Source: Stylophora pistillata (Eukaryota). Taken from it: a DNA stretch of 64,000 nt. Below the pieces are notes generated by a model, which saw only the letters and a program-made list of their open reading frames with translations, was not told the origin of the DNA and ran no database searches. Made by a program: the position numbers and the translations under genes. The stretch covers positions 1 to 64,000 of the forward strand of contig NW_019217876.1 of assembly GCF_002571385.2 (NCBI RefSeq). Direction: 5' to 3'. This document shows, piece by piece, positions 35,076-46,762 of this stretch; position 1 is the stretch's first letter; each line of letters starts with the position of its first letter.

Positions 35076-36586
35076 AATTTTTATCAAGAACTTGATGTTT
35101 CATTCAAAGTTGATGCTGAACAGAGAAATTAGTCGTTGGTCACTCCAAGGGATGGATGGTTCAAGTGAAAGTCTGACTTGAAAATTTTTAGGCATGATAC
35201 TACATTCTTGTTCTAGAACTAAAGCTTTAAGGAATTCCACTTTCTTAATTACATGGCTTTGATTTCTTAAATGAGGTTAATGTGCATTGAATCAATGACA
35301 ATGATTAATTCTTGATAACTAGTAATTTATTAATAGTGAGTAACAAAACTAATTTCATCAGGTGGTTTGTAATTTAAGGGATCTTTCATAATAAAGTGTA
35401 AATGCTTGTAATGCTTAGTTGATCTTCTACTGATTGCTATTGATTTTGAATGATTGCATGTGTCGGATTTAGTTTTGTTTATTCATATGAGTCTCAAAGA
35501 GTGAAGCAATGCATGCAAGGAAAGTGATTGAGTTAGCCTCTCGACTCCTGATGCCACTTTCTCCAGCAATACCTACAGGGGGCTCACACAAATTATTTTG
35601 CAGTTTATGTGGGTTTTCTGTGGTTATACTTAGGCAATGCGATGGACCACAATATCCACTTTGTTTTGAGAACATTAATTGTCAACAGTGCTCTCAAGAA
35701 CTATTTTTAACCATACATTCATTTCCATGTTGATAATTGAGTAATGCTACTTGGTTCAAACCCTTAAGGGTGGCTCTGTGGCCATGATCTAGATCAAGAT
35801 CAGTGATCTTTGATGAGGTAGATCATGGTTTATTGAAAAAAAAAGTGTGATTTAGTCTATTGATGCATATGTTCATAATATCCTTGATGCTTTTTGGTCA
35901 TCAGGCTGGTCTTGGATTTGTAATCCAGATCTGGATCATCCGAAAAAACATGTAACTTTACTGTGTAAAATTAAGTCAACATCCTCAGAAACAAGACAAG
36001 TAGAGACTAGCTCCATACAACCCAGGAAAACTTGGTTGAGCAAATTAACTTGCAGCTTTCTGAGAGTTTCCCAGTAAATGGATTAAAAGGCAAAGTCGTG
36101 GTTTGTTCTGTGAGACTTACACGGGGATTTCCCTCTCAAACAGTGCATGTACAAAGTTTTCACTTGAGGAATACTAAAGGTTTGGATGTATTTCAAAAAT
36201 AAGATGAGAAGTCGTTGTCTGAAAATAAAAGCAAAATATGTCATAGCCTGAGTAGCTAAAAGTTATTGTATATTTACTGAAAATCAAAGTGGTGGAGCTT
36301 TCAAATGACAGGCAGAGCATTGGTTTTTTCAATATTAATTTCTCCCTTAAAAGCCTGTCATGGCTTTGCCACTCTATAGTTCAAGGCATGCAAAACTTCC
36401 AGCTGTGCAAGCTATGCATGTAATTCACTCCTGCATGCAGTGTGCTGTGAAGCAAGGTAAGTGATTTCACCAAAATAGCTTAACCATTTCTCTACTTGGA
36501 AAATTATAGTAAAATGATGTGTGCTAAGTTAAACCTTCCTGTGTGTAACACATTTACAGTTTGTTTTATTACACTTTTTTTTGCAG

Positions 36587-38436
36587 TTGAAAGAATCCAA
36601 ACTAGAGATTTCTGAACAAACAACTCTAGTAGATGAGTCTGTTAAAATGTTTTTAGAGGAATTGGTGACTAACGTATGTAAACCATCAGATGAAACAAAA
36701 GAGGAACATGAGGAAATAAAGAAAGACTGGAAAGGTAAAGGTAACGGCTAAGTAACATCTTGATTTAGTGGCTTTAATATTAGAGAAAACTTGTAGTACT
36801 CTTTCTCTGCGTGTTAACACTTATTTTAGCCTGATCGTTTGTCAGCCCCAGCCCCTTGCACTCTACATGGGTATNTGCTGTGATGATGATGAAGAAAATG
36901 TTTTGTCTGATGAGGCATTGAATGAGTTGGATAAAGAGCTTGAAGCAGAAAGTTCAGATAGAAAGGACCTTGATGATATTAACCCCTCTGTTTTGGTTAA
37001 TGAAGCTGTTGACCCTGACACGCATGGAGTGGTTAGTAGTTATATCTGAATAGGTTATTGAGCCTCTGTACTTATGGAGCAGTTTGGCAAATATGAACCC
37101 TACTATTGGTAATTGTTTAACAATGATAATTACAACAAAATCTTGTAAATTGGTAGATAACCTGTTCAGATTAGAGTTTTTTGAGGGTTGTCCCACACAG
37201 AAAAATAAAAATGTACACAACAGTTCTTCAGGAAAATTCATGACTTGATGAGAGAATTCTGTATTAAATTGCACTCGAAAATTGATATTGCTTGAATCGT
37301 GAAGCAATGAGTGAGATTGGTTTTCAAATGCAATTTAATGTGGAATTCACAAGTGAAGTAATGGATTTTCCTTGAATTGCATACTGGTAATTGAATAAAA
37401 ACAAGAAAAAAAAGAAAAGAAAACAGCATTACTTACAGTTGTGCATTGCTGTCTCTACTTTATGGGACAACTTTCATGAAGAAGCTGTAAACATTTATGA
37501 TATGCCCACAAAAGGTTCCTCCAAATTTGATTTTGAGTGTTAGTTTTGATGGATAACGGAAGGAAAGCTTTGAGAACCATTATGCAAGGACTAGAACAGG
37601 AACAAATGCCACTCAAGTGTTTGGCTTTGTTTGGAAATTAAACTTGAGCTATGTTTGTGGAGGGCCAGTCCACTCAGTACTATCTCCAATTATAATGAAA
37701 CTATGCTTAATAGGTATGCTTAGGTATGCAAACACTTAACCCTCTAACTCCTAGAAGTGATTAACATGTAACTTCTCCCTATAATATCCCTATATCATCC
37801 AGCAAACAGGTAGTGAGAATACTTAAACTTATCAGGTGGGAGTTACCTTGATTGAAAGCCAAATTCTCATAACCAATTTACAAGGAAATGTATAGCAGCC
37901 AGAGGGGAGAATTAACAATCAGATCTTGGGAGTTTAAGGGTTAACCTTTACACTCCCAGATCTCATTAGTAATTCTTTTTTTGAGTACCATAAAATTCTT
38001 ATGATGTTAGTTTGGAGAAATTGTCATTGGATCAACTAATAGTCCCCTACTTGACATTTTTCTTTGTCCTCGCCGGTCTGGTTGATGTTGTATTGATATG
38101 GTGAGGAGAATTTCTGTTTTGGTCACTTATGGGAGTTAAAGGGTTAAGAGCAGAATGTAAGTAATTGGTACATAATGATTTTGTTAACCACCAGTGTTAT
38201 TATCACCTGCATTGATCTTTTATCAGAATGTAACAAGGATTCAGAATATTGGATCACAAATAATAATAGACTTTTCAAATTTTAGCTTTTTTTTTTTCTT
38301 CCCAAGATGAGTTGATGTTTTGTTCTCCAAAGCATAGCTGTGAGAACAGCAGATTTGATATGTCAACTATGTCTTTCAGCAGGTTGAAAATTATGGAGAT
38401 AGTGTGCCACAGGAAACGGACACTAATGGAAGTTAA
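36587..38436 (+). CDS. Alternative acidic C-terminal exons of the Tudor gene
   Basis: A phase-0 donor CGG|GTAAGT at 33331/33332 matches a phase-0 acceptor at 36587 (LKESKLEISEQ...DWK, ending 36734 or 36740). An acidic exon ends at 37031; its start is obscured by the N at 36875. The last exon is 38380/38383-38436 (VENYGDSVPQETDTNGS*). Confidence 0.6.
37736..38147. mobile_element. Two abutting piggyBac-like MITEs sharing a central TTAA
   Basis: TTAA at 37736, 37941 and 38144, with CCCT...AACTCC / GGGAGTT...AGGG termini on each element. Confidence 0.7.
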
Positions 38437-38780
38437 GATGACAAGTTGACATGAGCCTGTGAAGATGATGAAGCAGGAAACAGAGTAAATGTTGAATGGA
38501 AAGTAATTTATCTTAGTTTAGCTTTAGTTTTGTAGCTTATCTGATCTACAAAAGAATGACATATAGAACTTTTGGTATTTTGTTTGTGAAAAAGGCTGGA
38601 AATGTTTTCAGATCTCTAAATATTAGTAATTGTGGTTTACATCTTATTTGCATTTACAAGTGTCCTCAAAATGACAATCTGTAAGTTAGTTTATGAAATG
38701 CTTTGTGTTTAAAAGTTTTTTTTTGTACATCTAACAGGCAAAGCACTTTTATCTGTAGGGTTGCAATCATATACATGGAA

Positions 38781-38925
38781 TCGAAATGTGGCGTCCAATT
38801 TGAATTGCCATTGTTCTGGACTCATTAGCCTCGTCTTCACTGGAAACACGATTTTAAGGATTATCACATGTGAGAGGCTAGTGAGTCCAGAACAATGGCA
38901 ATTCAAATTGGACACCATATTTCGA
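38781..38925. repeat. 52-bp near-perfect inverted repeat (hairpin/MITE)
   Basis: Arms 38781-38832 and 38874-38925, with 1 mismatch and 2 G-T pairs on the + strand. Confidence 0.85.
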
Positions 38926-39700
38926 ATCAGTGTATTTAATACCTTAAAGGAATCATTCATATCTTGGCTTCCTTTGCAACTTTCCTGCTCTTACAACATT
39001 GTTTTGAAGATGGGTAAGCATCTGATTTCCATTAACCTTTCACATTACAAGATGTACACAAAGAAATCTCTTCAAGGATTAAGATCTTGCTTACACAAGG
39101 GAGTATTATTTAAAAAGGACAATCATTGTTTCTTTAGGGATCTTCTTTTTAAAAGCAATAAATCATGTCTTAAAGATTTTTAAAAATTCAGATTACACAG
39201 TAAACAATATGTAAATTTCCTTGAACAAGAGTGGTTGTATCAGGAAATACCGGTAGTCTTCTTTCTAATGATGTTTGGCTCAGTTTTTGATGCAAAAGTG
39301 TTTGGTCTCTGAAAGGGATTTTTTACTGATGTCATTTGATACATTTTTCCAGGAATTTTTTTGAAATGGAATCTCTATTGATAGCAGTATGTTTGCTGTT
39401 ATCTTCCTTGGGGGTCAGGATCAATGCAGTGGTGTTTTTTGCCATCTCAGAGTTATGACTTTCTAATAATGGATAATAAGTTATCTGCAAGTACCTGTTA
39501 GCTTGGGCCCACCTGCTTCCGGTTTGTTTCATGGGAAAGCATGGTGCACACCCAATGTATTTTCCCTTAGAGTTTCTCTCTTTTGTAATGTTTAAGTTTT
39601 CAAAAAAAAAAAAACTTTTTTGCATCACTGCTTTAGAGTGATTTATTTGTTTAAGGAACCTCAAAGCTATAAAGTTGTAGTTGCTATAGTTACCATAATC

Positions 39701-40008
39701 CAGGGTTCGTATGCATTTTGAAAACCCCTGAATTTCAGGAGGCCGATTTCAAGGCCTTAAAAGTACTTGAACTTGAATTTCATTTTGGGTCCTTGAAAGT
39801 CCTTGATTTTTTATTGAACAACATCGAAAAATATCTGCTTTTGTTTTGCACCATCGGTAAACCCAAAACATAGATGTTAACAGAAAAATTTTTCTTGGTT
39901 TTGAGGTAAAATTCTCATTACAAAAAGTCCTTGAAATTTCTAAGTAGGGTCCTGGAAAGTCCTTGAAAAGTCCTTGAATCTTTGGCCTGAAAAAGTGTAC
40001 GAACCCTG
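39701..40008. mobile_element. MITE with CAGGGTTCGTA termini
   Basis: TIRs CAGGGTTCGTA / TACGAACCCTG, subterminal GTCCTTGAA repeats, and flanks ATAATC / AGAATC. Confidence 0.7.
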
Positions 40009-42125
40009 AGAATCATTTAGTTACACAAACCCAGAGGATGTTTGATTGTTATCATTAGTGCCTACAAGATTAAGATGACCTCGGCGTTTGTGTGCTGAAA
40101 TTAGGATTGTTACTGTTGGTGGGAGCATCGTATTTGTATCATATTTGTGAAAGTGCTGTTTGGTTGCACTAGTTTGATCTAAGAGATATGTAATTGATAA
40201 TTAAAGACTGATGTATTTGGAATTGTTTACTCTCATTTTCAATTCTGATTACATGATTAATCTCATTTTCTTTAATCCTTGTCTATGCGAATGTCCCAAT
40301 AATTTAAAACACGTTTGTTTTCCTGTCTCACTAAAACAATATAATTCTAAATGCAACTTTTCAAACCCACCTCTAATTAGTGTCAAATTGCCTTTCCCCA
40401 TAAGTTTTCAAAATTGAGATTCTATTGTAAGATTATCTTTCACAAAATGGTCTTATGTTGTGGACTATTTATGTCCACTATTTATGTTCACCAGACATTT
40501 TGTGTGGTATTCAATGGAAGAGGTTATAAATGCCACAGTTAACCCTTTACACCCTGACATCAGTGGGCATGTTCTCCTTACTGTTTTTTTTTTTGTGTGT
40601 GTTTGTGTGCATGCGTGTGCACTCGTGCACGCCTGGGGCACTATCTTATGGTGTTGTGTAAGTCTGTAAACCTTCCCCCAAACACTGGACTATCGTGTCT
40701 CTTGTGAATCATCCCGGGATACAAGTTATATTTGATACACATTTAAAACACATATCTATTCTGTTAATTTCTAGCCCTGTTCCTGGCCTTGACCAGTGTA
40801 TAAACTCTGTTCTAGCCAAGTCCTTCTTTTCCCTCAATTTTTGCATCAGAGACAGCTGTTCATCAACCCCTATACATTGTTGCATAACTGCAACACTCTA
40901 CTACTATCCATGCAGTCATAAACTGCCTTTTATCTAACTTTCCCGAGGTGCAGACAAGGAGAACTTGTTTAATGATCAAGAGCGTCTGGCTGATTATCAT
41001 TTCCTTTCTTCTCGTAACCTTAATGTATAATTCAGGGTGATGTTACAAGGAGAAGTTAGAAGCTGTACACTCCAAGGGGTAAAAGAGTTTAAAGCAAATA
41101 GAACACTTCCCAGCCTACGAATAATTAGCATCATGGCACTGAAAATTTGGATCTGAAGCTTTGATATGAATAACTTCTGAAATGTTAGCATATTACAGGT
41201 GATTCAGCATTTTCAAATACTCAGACACCACACTTTCAAACTCTTGAATAACTTTATTAAAGTACTCTGCCCTTAAATTACACTTTGTTTAAAAATAAAA
41301 ACTACTGCAGAAAATTTAGCTATCTGCATTCTATAAAATACATTCATTTCACATTCTCCAATTATGCACCTGTAGAGAATTTACTTCCAAATTTGTCATT
41401 AACACTATAATTGCTTCCTTTCGTACTCTTTCCAGTGAAGAAAATGTTGAAAAGGCTTAAAAATTATGCTTGAACATTATGTAGCCAGACTCCAATATAA
41501 AAGTCAACCAGGCAGCCTGAAATATGCTTTTGTTGTAACTGGGATACATTATGAAGTGGTTCTAAACTGAAGTGAATGATTTTACTGCCAACAAAAGCAC
41601 ACACTGGCTGTGAGATGAAGAAGGAATTTAATTACTTCATTGTAGGTGTAGCAATGTGGTATTTGCCTTTTCTATGACTCTTTCGAGAAAGAATGTGCTT
41701 AGAGCTGAGCACTTAATTTAATTGTAGCTGGAACACATGTAAGAGCCAGAGACTAGAGGGAGTGCTTTTGTGGCTATTTATATACACATACTGGTTTTGA
41801 ACTGAAGGAAAATATTATCTAAAGTAGAGTAGAGTATCATGAAGAGGAAAGTGCCCCCTTTGTCTTAATGATATATTTTGGGTTGTGAGTTAGGGTTTCA
41901 TTGTCCAAGACTCCTTCAAAGCTTTCATACATCAGATTGCTGTATTGTGTCAATAGCAGAATCTGACTTAACCACAATTTATTAAATGCACACACACATT
42001 GAAATAAAAAAAACATGCTTTCCTGTTTTTTCCTTGTATTTGACCTCTCCTATGCACTATCCAATTTATACAATAATTTTAATGTGGCAAAAATTCCCAC
42101 TCAGTTCACTAATTGATCAGGTAAA

Positions 42126-45100
42126 TTATAAAATGTTACAGGCAGAATCATCTGATTCTCTGAGACTTATAAAAGCAACTTGTGTTCCAAACTGTGTACC
42201 ATCTCGTCGGAATGAGAAGAATCTTTGCTGGGGGTCACATTTTGTACATTGGGTTGGGTGCTGAGATTTTGAGGCATCATCAGTTACTCTGCAAATAGGG
42301 AAAAAACCAAAAAAAAAAAGCATGTTCTCTTCTTCCAGTAAATTGTCAGTGCTCCATCCACAAGTTGTGGGGTAATCTGGGTTGCCCCCTTTCCACCATT
42401 TTATGCTANNNNNNNNNNNNNNNNNNNNNNNNNNNNNNNNNNNNNNNNNNNNNNNNNNNNNNNNNNNNNNNNNNNNNNNNNNNNNNNNNNNNNNNNNNNN
42501 NNNNNNNNNNNNNNNNNNNNNNNNNNNNNNNNNNNNNNNNNNTTTTAACAATAAAACAACCTGGCATGTTCTCAAATGATTGTTCTAGGATATTGCTGTA
42601 GCACCCATAATTGAGAATTCTGCCCACAAACCTAATTCATCCCATTGCTGCACTTAAAAATTTGCAGACCAATACATTATATTTCACAAAGCCACTTTCA
42701 GTACAAGATAAGGGAATGCATTGTTGAATTGTTGCAGTGTACCAAGATGAGAGGTGAGGGCTGGGAGTGGGTGGCCTGTGGTTAGTTTGCATCCTCTTCA
42801 GAGAAAATACAGCACTTCATAATAATTAATTACATTAAAATAAAAGAGAACTTTGATGAACTTTCTTCAATACTTTTTAGACGACAATACTTCCAATTCA
42901 CTTATTATATGGAAATTGGAATTATTAATAAGTCCTTTCTTCCAATTACCTTGTATCATCATCAATATTCTTTGGAAGTACTCCTTTTTTCTCAAGTTGC
43001 ATTCTGATGGAAAGGCGTAGATCAACAAATGGGCGTGGTGAACCATCCTTTCGCACCACAACACCATCATTGAATGCTTCAGAAAATTTTTCAGCTTCTT
43101 CTTCCCCAACTTCAAAGCAGCATGGGCCAATTGAAGGTCCAATAGCAACTTGAATATTTTTTACTTTACATTCAAACCTTGTCAACATTACATCAACAAC
43201 AGCAGCATCAATCATTGCTAGTGTTCCACGCCACCCAGAGTGAGCAACACCACAAACCTGAAAACAACCATAATTGAAACACGAGCAACTAAAATTTCCA
43301 AAACAAAAAAAAGAAAGATTAGATAATTAGTCCTGAATGTATTTGAATTTTAAGCCCTTACACCTTCAGTTAATCTAAAAAGTTTATTTCCTCTTAGGGT
43401 TGATAGGTTGACAGTGGTTTTATCAGGTGTGGTGTATGTTTACCTTTTTCACTGGATCACAAAACAGCACCACAGGACAGTCTGCACCTGGTGCTGCCAA
43501 TGTGACTTGCCTGTTATCAGTCACTAAGGCATCATAGCTGTTTGGTTGTGGATCTCCAATCACCCACACATCAGCCCCATGAACACATTTAGCTACACGA
43601 AATTTCTCAGGGTCAAATCTCGCAGTCAAGGCTAGTCTACGCCGATTCTCCTGGACATTGACATCTGGGTCTCTTCTTTTATCACTGTACATCAAGTTAA
43701 GGGAGGATAACGTGTTGTAGGTTGAGACACCGCCATATCTTGTTGTGAAACCGTGATTGAACACGTCTGTTGGAACCAATGATGACTGAAGGATTTCTAT
43801 CATCTTTCCATCAGGCAGTGTAAGTTTGGACATTATTATTTTGATATGTTCATCTATTAAGGGGAATAAACGTTCTTCTCTATCTTCCATATGTTTCCTC
43901 TCTTCATCATTCATCTCATGTGTGCACTCATAGTAATTTACATTGTAAATGTCTGGTGAATAGAGCTGAAAAAAAAAAGACACTTAATTGCATACTTTTA
44001 GTGAGAAGAATTAAAGGAATTTTTTGAGGTTACATCTGAAGTATTTGCCTACACCCTGAAGAGGGCCTTGTGAGCAAAACTGTTGCCCTCCCAGAGCATT
44101 TGTTAAGTAATTGTTACCATTAGTGACTGGATTTACAGTTGACTTCTCAATAAAGATAAATCTTCTAGTTCTGGACAACATTTGCAGGCTGTACATCTGT
44201 ATATTCAGTCAAAGATCTCCAAAGGATCATGCATTGTTAGAGTACAGGGCTGGGCCTTCCCATAATGCTGGCTATCCAGGAAGTCTGTTAGGGTGGGATA
44301 ATTTACGTTTGTGCACAAAGTTATAAGAACATGCATACCCTTTCAAAAAATATCTTCGCTCTTTCCATGTGCAACTGTGTCGTGACAACATGGACATTAC
44401 TGGCCTCAAACTGATCTACAATAATGCGGCTGTAATAGGAATTTTCTGCTGTGCTGCTTGCCTGTTCCTCCTTAATGATGTGTTTTGGATCAATAAGATT
44501 GTTATCAACTGCATATTTTTCCATGGCACTGGCCTCTGTCACAACCTGTTGAAAATAATTCCTTGTTAAACATTAAGGTCATGAGAATAAATCAAAGACT
44601 TAGGGAGCTCCTTGTTAGAACCTTAGCAAATGTTTAGAGAACAGTATTGAGAATATGCATACTGCATGATGATGGGGTGGAAAGGGTCAGCAACAAGTAT
44701 GGTCTGCACAGGGGAAATCAGTAGATAAAGGGTGAGCACTTTGAAAAGCATGCCTCCCATTTTCATCCAAGTTTTTGTTTTGGGAAAAAAAACCCTAGTG
44801 AGTTTGATGCTGTCCTTGGAATTATATCAGACCTTTCACACCTGCTCAAAGCAAAGATATGTAAGATTAACCAATTTGAGTGGAATAGTTGTGTGTCATG
44901 CAGTCATCCAAGGTCTATTCTGAGCCAAAGAATGAAATTAGTTTTTGTTACCTAGAAAAGGCATAGCAGAGAATACCTGATCTTGTGCGCAGAATCCTGA
45001 AACAACAACTCGACAGTCAGTTTTTTTTTGTCGTAGTGAAGTGTACAGCTCCGCTGCTTGATTTACTCTAGATTTCAACATCTCCGAAGGAGAACCATCA

Positions 45101-45159
45101 TCACTGGTTCGGCAGCCAAGAACAACAATAATGTCAGTGGGTGTATCAGTCTCTGCCAT
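42126..45159 (-). CDS. LACC1: DUF218 (YdcF/SanA/ElyC-like) domain fused to a LACC1/FAMIN (YfiH/PgeF-family) purine nucleoside enzyme, 460 aa, C-terminal CaaX
   Basis: Exons 44977-45159, 44339-44545, 43444-43965, 42950-43257 and 42126-42288 (1383 nt) join in frame. The N-part has IIVVLG, VVSG, EASAM, EEQASSTAEN and VVTTQLHMERA. The C-part has HGFTTRYGGVS, SLNL, CVHG, APGADC, AHSGWRG, IGPSIGPCCFEV and FFSFRRDG..FGTQ. Confidence 0.88.
42409..42542. other. Assembly gap (intronic)
   Basis: Run of N. Confidence 0.99.
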
Positions 45160-45621
45160 ATTTTCTGTAAAATATTGAAATCTGAGCCATTACAGATTGG
45201 AAAATGATTTTCAGTGTAGCACTAACTTATAGAATGTTTCACTCATGTAACAAGCAAGGGGCAGTGAATGAGGTGATATCAAAAAACCTCACCACATGGT
45301 GAACACAGAATAATAGAGACTCAAAAAGAACAATGACAGCAAAGGCAAGTGGATGGCAGCAAGACAAAAAACTTAATGAGCAGAGCAATAATTATGCAGG
45401 AGTACACTTTTGAACCATCCTGTGCAGAATAACAAATGAAATCAGAACTTTTAGGTATTCTTTGAACAAAAACGTTAATGGAGATATTTAGTCACATTTT
45501 TTCTTTGAAATTTATGCAGCATTTTACATGTTGTGTTGAGGGGGAGATCTTGCACTATAAGAAATGGTAAATACAGTGACCCACTAATAAAATTCTTAGG
45601 AGAAATGATAGTTTATTTATT

Positions 45622-45680
45622 TGGTGATGTTTTTCCAGGTGATGTTTTTCAGGTGATGTTTTTCCAGGTGATGTTTTTCC
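45622..45680. repeat. Minisatellite (GGTGATGTTTTTCCA) x4
   Basis: Direct tandem copies of a 14-15-bp unit. Confidence 0.8.
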
Positions 45681-45807
45681 TGTCTTGAGATCTTTAAACT
45701 CACTAATATCCACTCTTAAGATCAATTACATTTCCATATAACAATATGTTATATATGTTATATATATGTTAAATGTTAATAAGTAGTTTCAAGTATTTGG
45801 ATGGGTG

Positions 45808-46762
45808 NNNNNNNNNNNNNNNNNNNNNNNNNNNNNNNNNNNNNNNNNNNNNNNNNNNNNNNNNNNNNNNNNNNNNNNNNNNNNNNNNNNNNNNNNNNNN
45901 NNNNNNNNNNNNNNNNNNNNNNNNNNNNNNNNNNNNNNNNNNNNNNNNNNNNNNNNNNNNNNNNNNNNNNNNNNNNNNNNNNNNNNNNNNNNNNNNNNNN
46001 NNNNNNNNNNNNNNNNNNNNNNNNNNNNNNNNNNNNNNNNNNNNNNNNNNNNNNNNNNNNNNNNNNNNNNNNNNNNNNNNNNNNNNNNNNNNNNNNNNNN
46101 NNNNNNNNNNNNNNNNNNNNNNNNNNNNNNNNNNNNNNNNNNNNNNNNNNNNNNNNNNNNNNNNNNNNNNNNNNNNNNNNNNNNNNNNNNNNNNNNNNNN
46201 NNNNNNNNNNNNNNNNNNNNNNNNNNNNNNNNNNNNNNNNNNNNNNNNNNNNNNNNNNNNNNNNNNNNNNNNNNNNNNNNNNNNNNNNNNNNNNNNNNNN
46301 NNNNNNNNNNNNNNNNNNNNNNNNNNNNNNNNNNNNNNNNNNNNNNNNNNNNNNNNNNNNNNNNNNNNNNNNNNNNNNNNNNNNNNNNNNNNNNNNNNNN
46401 NNNNNNNNNNNNNNNNNNNNNNNNNNNNNNNNNNNNNNNNNNNNNNNNNNNNNNNNNNNNNNNNNNNNNNNNNNNNNNNNNNNNNNNNNNNNNNNNNNNN
46501 NNNNNNNNNNNNNNNNNNNNNNNNNNNNNNNNNNNNNNNNNNNNNNNNNNNNNNNNNNNNNNNNNNNNNNNNNNNNNNNNNNNNNNNNNNNNNNNNNNNN
46601 NNNNNNNNNNNNNNNNNNNNNNNNNNNNNNNNNNNNNNNNNNNNNNNNNNNNNNNNNNNNNNNNNNNNNNNNNNNNNNNNNNNNNNNNNNNNNNNNNNNN
46701 NNNNNNNNNNNNNNNNNNNNNNNNNNNNNNNNNNNNNNNNNNNNNNNNNNNNNNNNNNNNNN
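45808..46762. other. Assembly gap
   Basis: Run of N. Confidence 0.99.

Noticed and set aside
38709-39183. Overlapping ORFs with mirrored peptides on both strands
   Set aside because: This is a consequence of the DNA palindrome at 38781-38925.
42365-42627. ORFs spanning X runs
   Set aside because: Gap artefacts; only 42126-42288 is a real exon.
42126-45159. Bacterial contamination as the source of DUF218/YfiH
   Set aside because: The gene has canonical spliceosomal introns, host-type repeats and composition, and animal-type LACC1 motifs.
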